From IMG/VR virus record IMGVR_UViG_3300043579_000052, positions 1 through 46,234 of that record: DNA of 46,234 nt; one strand, given 5' to 3'. A model generated the notes under the pieces. The model was not told where the DNA came from and ran no database searches. It was given only the letters and a program-made list of their open reading frames with translations. Shown piece after piece: positions 43,542 through 46,234 of this stretch. The translations under genes and the position numbers were made by a program. Position 1 is the first letter of the stretch, and every line of letters begins with the position of its first letter. This stretch comes from a virus. Taxonomy: Duplodnaviria > Caudoviricetes.

Positions 43542-43846
43542 GCCCCACATCGCGCTCCGTGCCATTAAGCCGCACCGAGGCAATGTCGCGGCTCGTGGAG
43601 TACCCAAACCTCCAGGCGATGATGCAGGGCTGCGTATCGGGGCAAAGCACCGAATGGCCGCTGCTGCGCGCCGAGCTGTGCCGGCTCCTCGCCACGCACG
43701 ACGCAGATATTGCCTCTCTATCGGAGAAGCCTGCCACTAACCAGGAGTTCCACCAATGGCTAGAAAGCTACAAGCCGGGCGTCGTGTTCGATCACGGCGA
43801 TATGGCAGCGTGCTGGCACGCCGCGCAAAGATCGAGCGCGAAGTGA
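43538..43846 (+). CDS. mosaic hypothetical protein
   Basis: Shares a GC.SG...EWP.L module with 45283-45594. Confidence 0.65.
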   Translation: MSPTSRSVPLSRTEAMSRLVEYPNLQAMMQGCVSGQSTEWPLLRAELCRLLATHDADIASLSEKPATNQEFHQWLESYKPGVVFDHGDMAACWHAAQRSSAK

Positions 43847-43967
43847 GCGCCGCCCTGGCCGAGGCCGTGCGCCGCACGAAACATCTCGTGGACGCCGAGA
43901 AGGGACGCGAGCTTTACAACCCCGATCCTCGCACCGCGCACTACTTCATCTTCCCGCCGGAGCGCGA

Positions 43968-44711
43968 ATGACCTCGCCAACCGATAAGCGCAGTGAACTA
44001 ACGCGCGAGCAGATCGAGGCGTTCCGCAAAGAGCACCTGATGCACGGCCATGCGGATGGCTTGGCGCCGCGGCTTGAACCGTGGGCCGTCGAGGAGAATC
44101 GCGTGCTCAACGCGCTGTGCGACGGTGCTATTGCCGCCCTATCTGCCGAACGTGCCACTGATTACGGGCATGGCTTCGGCGGCATGCTTGAATCAGTCGG
44201 GCCTGCATCCTCCGATGGGTCGACCAGTACAACTAGCGAGCGGGCAGCGGGTAGCGCAGCACGGCCCCATGACGACGAGAACGCGCACCGTGAGCAAGTA
44301 TCGTCAACCCTGTCTGAATGGCCGCATGGAAAGGCGACGCTGGCGGCAGCGAGCCCGCTGCCTACATACGACGAGAACCCTCCGCAAGGCGGCCGTAGCG
44401 CCGGCTTCCTGCTGTACTGCCACGTTTACGAGGCACGGTGGGCGGCCCTCAAAACGGCTGAGTATTGCCCGCAGTGGAACGCCATCTCGCCCGAGGTCAA
44501 GCAGCGGTGGGAAGAACTCGCCGGCAACATCGCGACCGAGGTAGCGCGCAAGTCAACCGCGTCCGCAAAGCCTGCCACTAATGCGATCCCCGATGAGTTG
44601 TTCGACGGCTATGCGGTCTGGCGGGCTCTCGGCGAGAACAGCGGCGTGAGCCCGCGCAACGTCTCTGCCGTGCTCGATGCCGTGGTGCGGCTCATCAGGT
44701 CTGGTAAATGA
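43968..44711 (+). CDS. mosaic (Eaa/Ead-like) hypothetical protein
   Basis: LTREQIE start, low-complexity linkers, C-terminal NVSAVLDAVVRLIR module. Confidence 0.65.
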   Translation: MTSPTDKRSELTREQIEAFRKEHLMHGHADGLAPRLEPWAVEENRVLNALCDGAIAALSAERATDYGHGFGGMLESVGPASSDGSTSTTSERAAGSAARPHDDENAHREQVSSTLSEWPHGKATLAAASPLPTYDENPPQGGRSAGFLLYCHVYEARWAALKTAEYCPQWNAISPEVKQRWEELAGNIATEVARKSTASAKPATNAIPDELFDGYAVWRALGENSGVSPRNVSAVLDAVVRLIRSGK

Positions 44712-44883
44712 TCCTTACCTGGAATTGCAGGTTCTGCATGTTGGCGAACGACAACAACAACGGGCCTTGCCATAGATGCGGCGGCCACACAGAAATGAAA
44801 ATGGTTAACGGTCGCTGGAAGGAAGTCACGATCAAAGAACCGAATCGCGGCGACCAAATCAGCAAGACAGAGGGTCGCGCCCC

Positions 44884-45093
44884 ATGAGCCGCGTGCAAGA
44901 GACCGTGGATAAGTGGAACCAAGCCAACCCGGTAGGAACCGATGTCGATGTCACCGACGATTTAGGGCAAGTCACCGGCACCAGGACGCGCAGCGAGGCG
45001 TGGGTGCTCGGCGGGCATACCGCCGTCGTGCAGATTGAAGGCAAGGCAGGCTGCATGGCTTTGAGCCGCGTCAACCGGCGGGAGATTCGATGA
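44884..45093 (+). CDS. hypothetical protein
   Basis: WN..NPVGT.V...DD.G....T.TRSEAWVLGGHTAVV..EG.AGC.AL..V, a recurrent phage protein pattern. Confidence 0.75.
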   Translation: MSRVQETVDKWNQANPVGTDVDVTDDLGQVTGTRTRSEAWVLGGHTAVVQIEGKAGCMALSRVNRREIR

Positions 45094-45095
45094 AC

Positions 45096-45260
45096 GAGGC
45101 AGATAGGTTGGGCGCATGAGCAACGAACACCCCAGAGGGCGTCGAAGCGGCAAGCTGCCGGTGAGCTACCGCCGAGCCAAGAATCCGGCTACACCGGGGA
45201 GCTTTGAGGGGCTGGAAAACCGGGAAGAGGTTATAGCTAAACCCCTCATCTATTCGCCTC
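45096..45260 (+). ncRNA. candidate multi-stem structured RNA
   Basis: Closing stem GAGGCAGATAGGT.GGG / CCCTCATCTATTCGCCTC with internal hairpins, in a 190-bp intergenic gap. Confidence 0.4.
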
Positions 45261-45282
45261 ACGACATAGTGGGCGGCAACTC

Positions 45283-45594
45283 ATGAGCGAACGCTTCGAC
45301 GCCAAGTGGAGGTCTGACGAGGTGCAAGATGCTATGGCCGATGAATGGGCAGAACTTCGGGAGCATACGGAACGCGAGGGAAAACTTCGGCTTCAGATCG
45401 AGATGGCCGCGAAGGGCTGCATCTCCGGCAAAGGGTCCGAATGGCCGTTCCTGCTGGTGGCGCTACGCCACTGGGGCGAATGTGCCGATGGGAGCATGCT
45501 CGCCCTTGAGCTGCGCGCAATAGCTCGTCGGGTATGCACGCGCGAGGGCTGGCGCGACTACTCTCAACCCAGTGGAGATTCGAGCCGTGAGTGA
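45283..45594 (+). CDS. mosaic hypothetical protein
   Basis: GCISGKGSEWPFL module. Confidence 0.65.
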   Translation: MSERFDAKWRSDEVQDAMADEWAELREHTEREGKLRLQIEMAAKGCISGKGSEWPFLLVALRHWGECADGSMLALELRAIARRVCTREGWRDYSQPSGDSSRE

Positions 45595-46120
45595 GCGAGC
45601 CGACCTGAAAGCGCCGTGCGTGTTTTGCTCCTACAACGGGCCCCGGTACTGGCAAAAATGCACGCATCATTCGCTCTGCCCTTGGTACAACCTCGCAGGC
45701 GTCAACGACAGAAAGAACGCCCTGCGAGGCGTAATGCAAAGGCTGCTCGCGCAGGATGGCCTTCGAGCCGCCGCGCAGGGCGCGCTAGAGCATTTGGAGG
45801 AGCTTCGGGAGGCGTGGAGGCGTGGCGTCATAGATGAACGCGACGGTCAAGGTGGCACGCGGTCGAATAGGAACGTCGCAGTCAGCGTGAACCTACGCGC
45901 CGCGCTGTGCTTCGAGAGGCCAGTCACGGCTCGCCCGGAAGTACGGGCTCCCTTAGAGGGAAAGTGGGCGGCAGAAGATCTGCGCAGGGCCTTCGTAGAA
46001 GGCGCGAAGTGGTGGGAGTGGCACACCGAGAATGCAACGATGTGGCCCGAGGATGTGAACCGAGCTGAGACCGAGGCCGAGAAGCGCCACCCTATGAACA
46101 ACGGATCATCGAAAGAATGA
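45587..46120 (+). CDS. mosaic hypothetical protein (Zn finger + helical modules)
   Basis: CVFC...H..LC; ends MNNGSSKE inside the end repeat. Confidence 0.65.
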   Translation: MSERADLKAPCVFCSYNGPRYWQKCTHHSLCPWYNLAGVNDRKNALRGVMQRLLAQDGLRAAAQGALEHLEELREAWRRGVIDERDGQGGTRSNRNVAVSVNLRAALCFERPVTARPEVRAPLEGKWAAEDLRRAFVEGAKWWEWHTENATMWPEDVNRAETEAEKRHPMNNGSSKE

Positions 46121-46234
46121 GGACCGGGCCGCGGTTGGCTTGGTGATGAGGTGCTGGAGAGACTCTACATGGCGCTAGGGCGTTGCGCGGCACACCTGCG
46201 AAGGAACCGGCGTGAAGCTGGAAAATCCCTTGGG
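46093..46234. repeat. 142-bp direct repeat, copy 2
   Basis: Matches 58-199 with one mismatch. Confidence 0.95.

Noticed and set aside
1-46234. CRISPR array, IS element or stop-codon recoding
   Set aside because: No regularly spaced repeats and no transposase. Core genes are intact in the standard code, ending in TAA, TAG and TGA.

Overview
This window is a near-complete (~46 kb), GC-rich, podovirus-type tailed phage genome, probably temperate and probably from a proteobacterial host (inference). Minus-strand late arm (~34.0 kb to ~2.1 kb): terminase, portal, scaffold, major capsid, head-tail adaptor, nozzle, four ejection proteins, collar-domain tail fibre, M15 endolysin, membrane/lysis genes and a polysaccharide-lyase-like gene. 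Central control and replication region: divergent cro/cI with three related 16-bp operators, VRR-NUC, AAA_25 helicase, an LPD29+HTH moron and an iteron/hairpin origin. Plus-strand early arm (39.2 kb to end, continuing at 1-2.0 kb): RecT-like annealase, ThyX, DUF3310, a J-domain protein and many small mosaic genes. I recognised no integrase, partition system, primase or DNA polymerase. The most notable points are: (1) two glycosyltransferase+methyltransferase cassettes (3 GT-like, 3 MT) inside the head operon, each near one of two paralogous lectin-like genes, plus a Ser/Thr-rich fibre, which together suggest a virion glycosylation/glycan-methylation system; (2) a 40-aa type IV prepilin mimic missing from the ORF track; (3) three candidate structured ncRNAs, one tRNA-like; (4) a 142-bp end repeat that is offset and imperfect, plus shared linker motifs, suggesting cassette shuffling in the early genes. 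All family assignments come from motif recognition by eye, not database searches.
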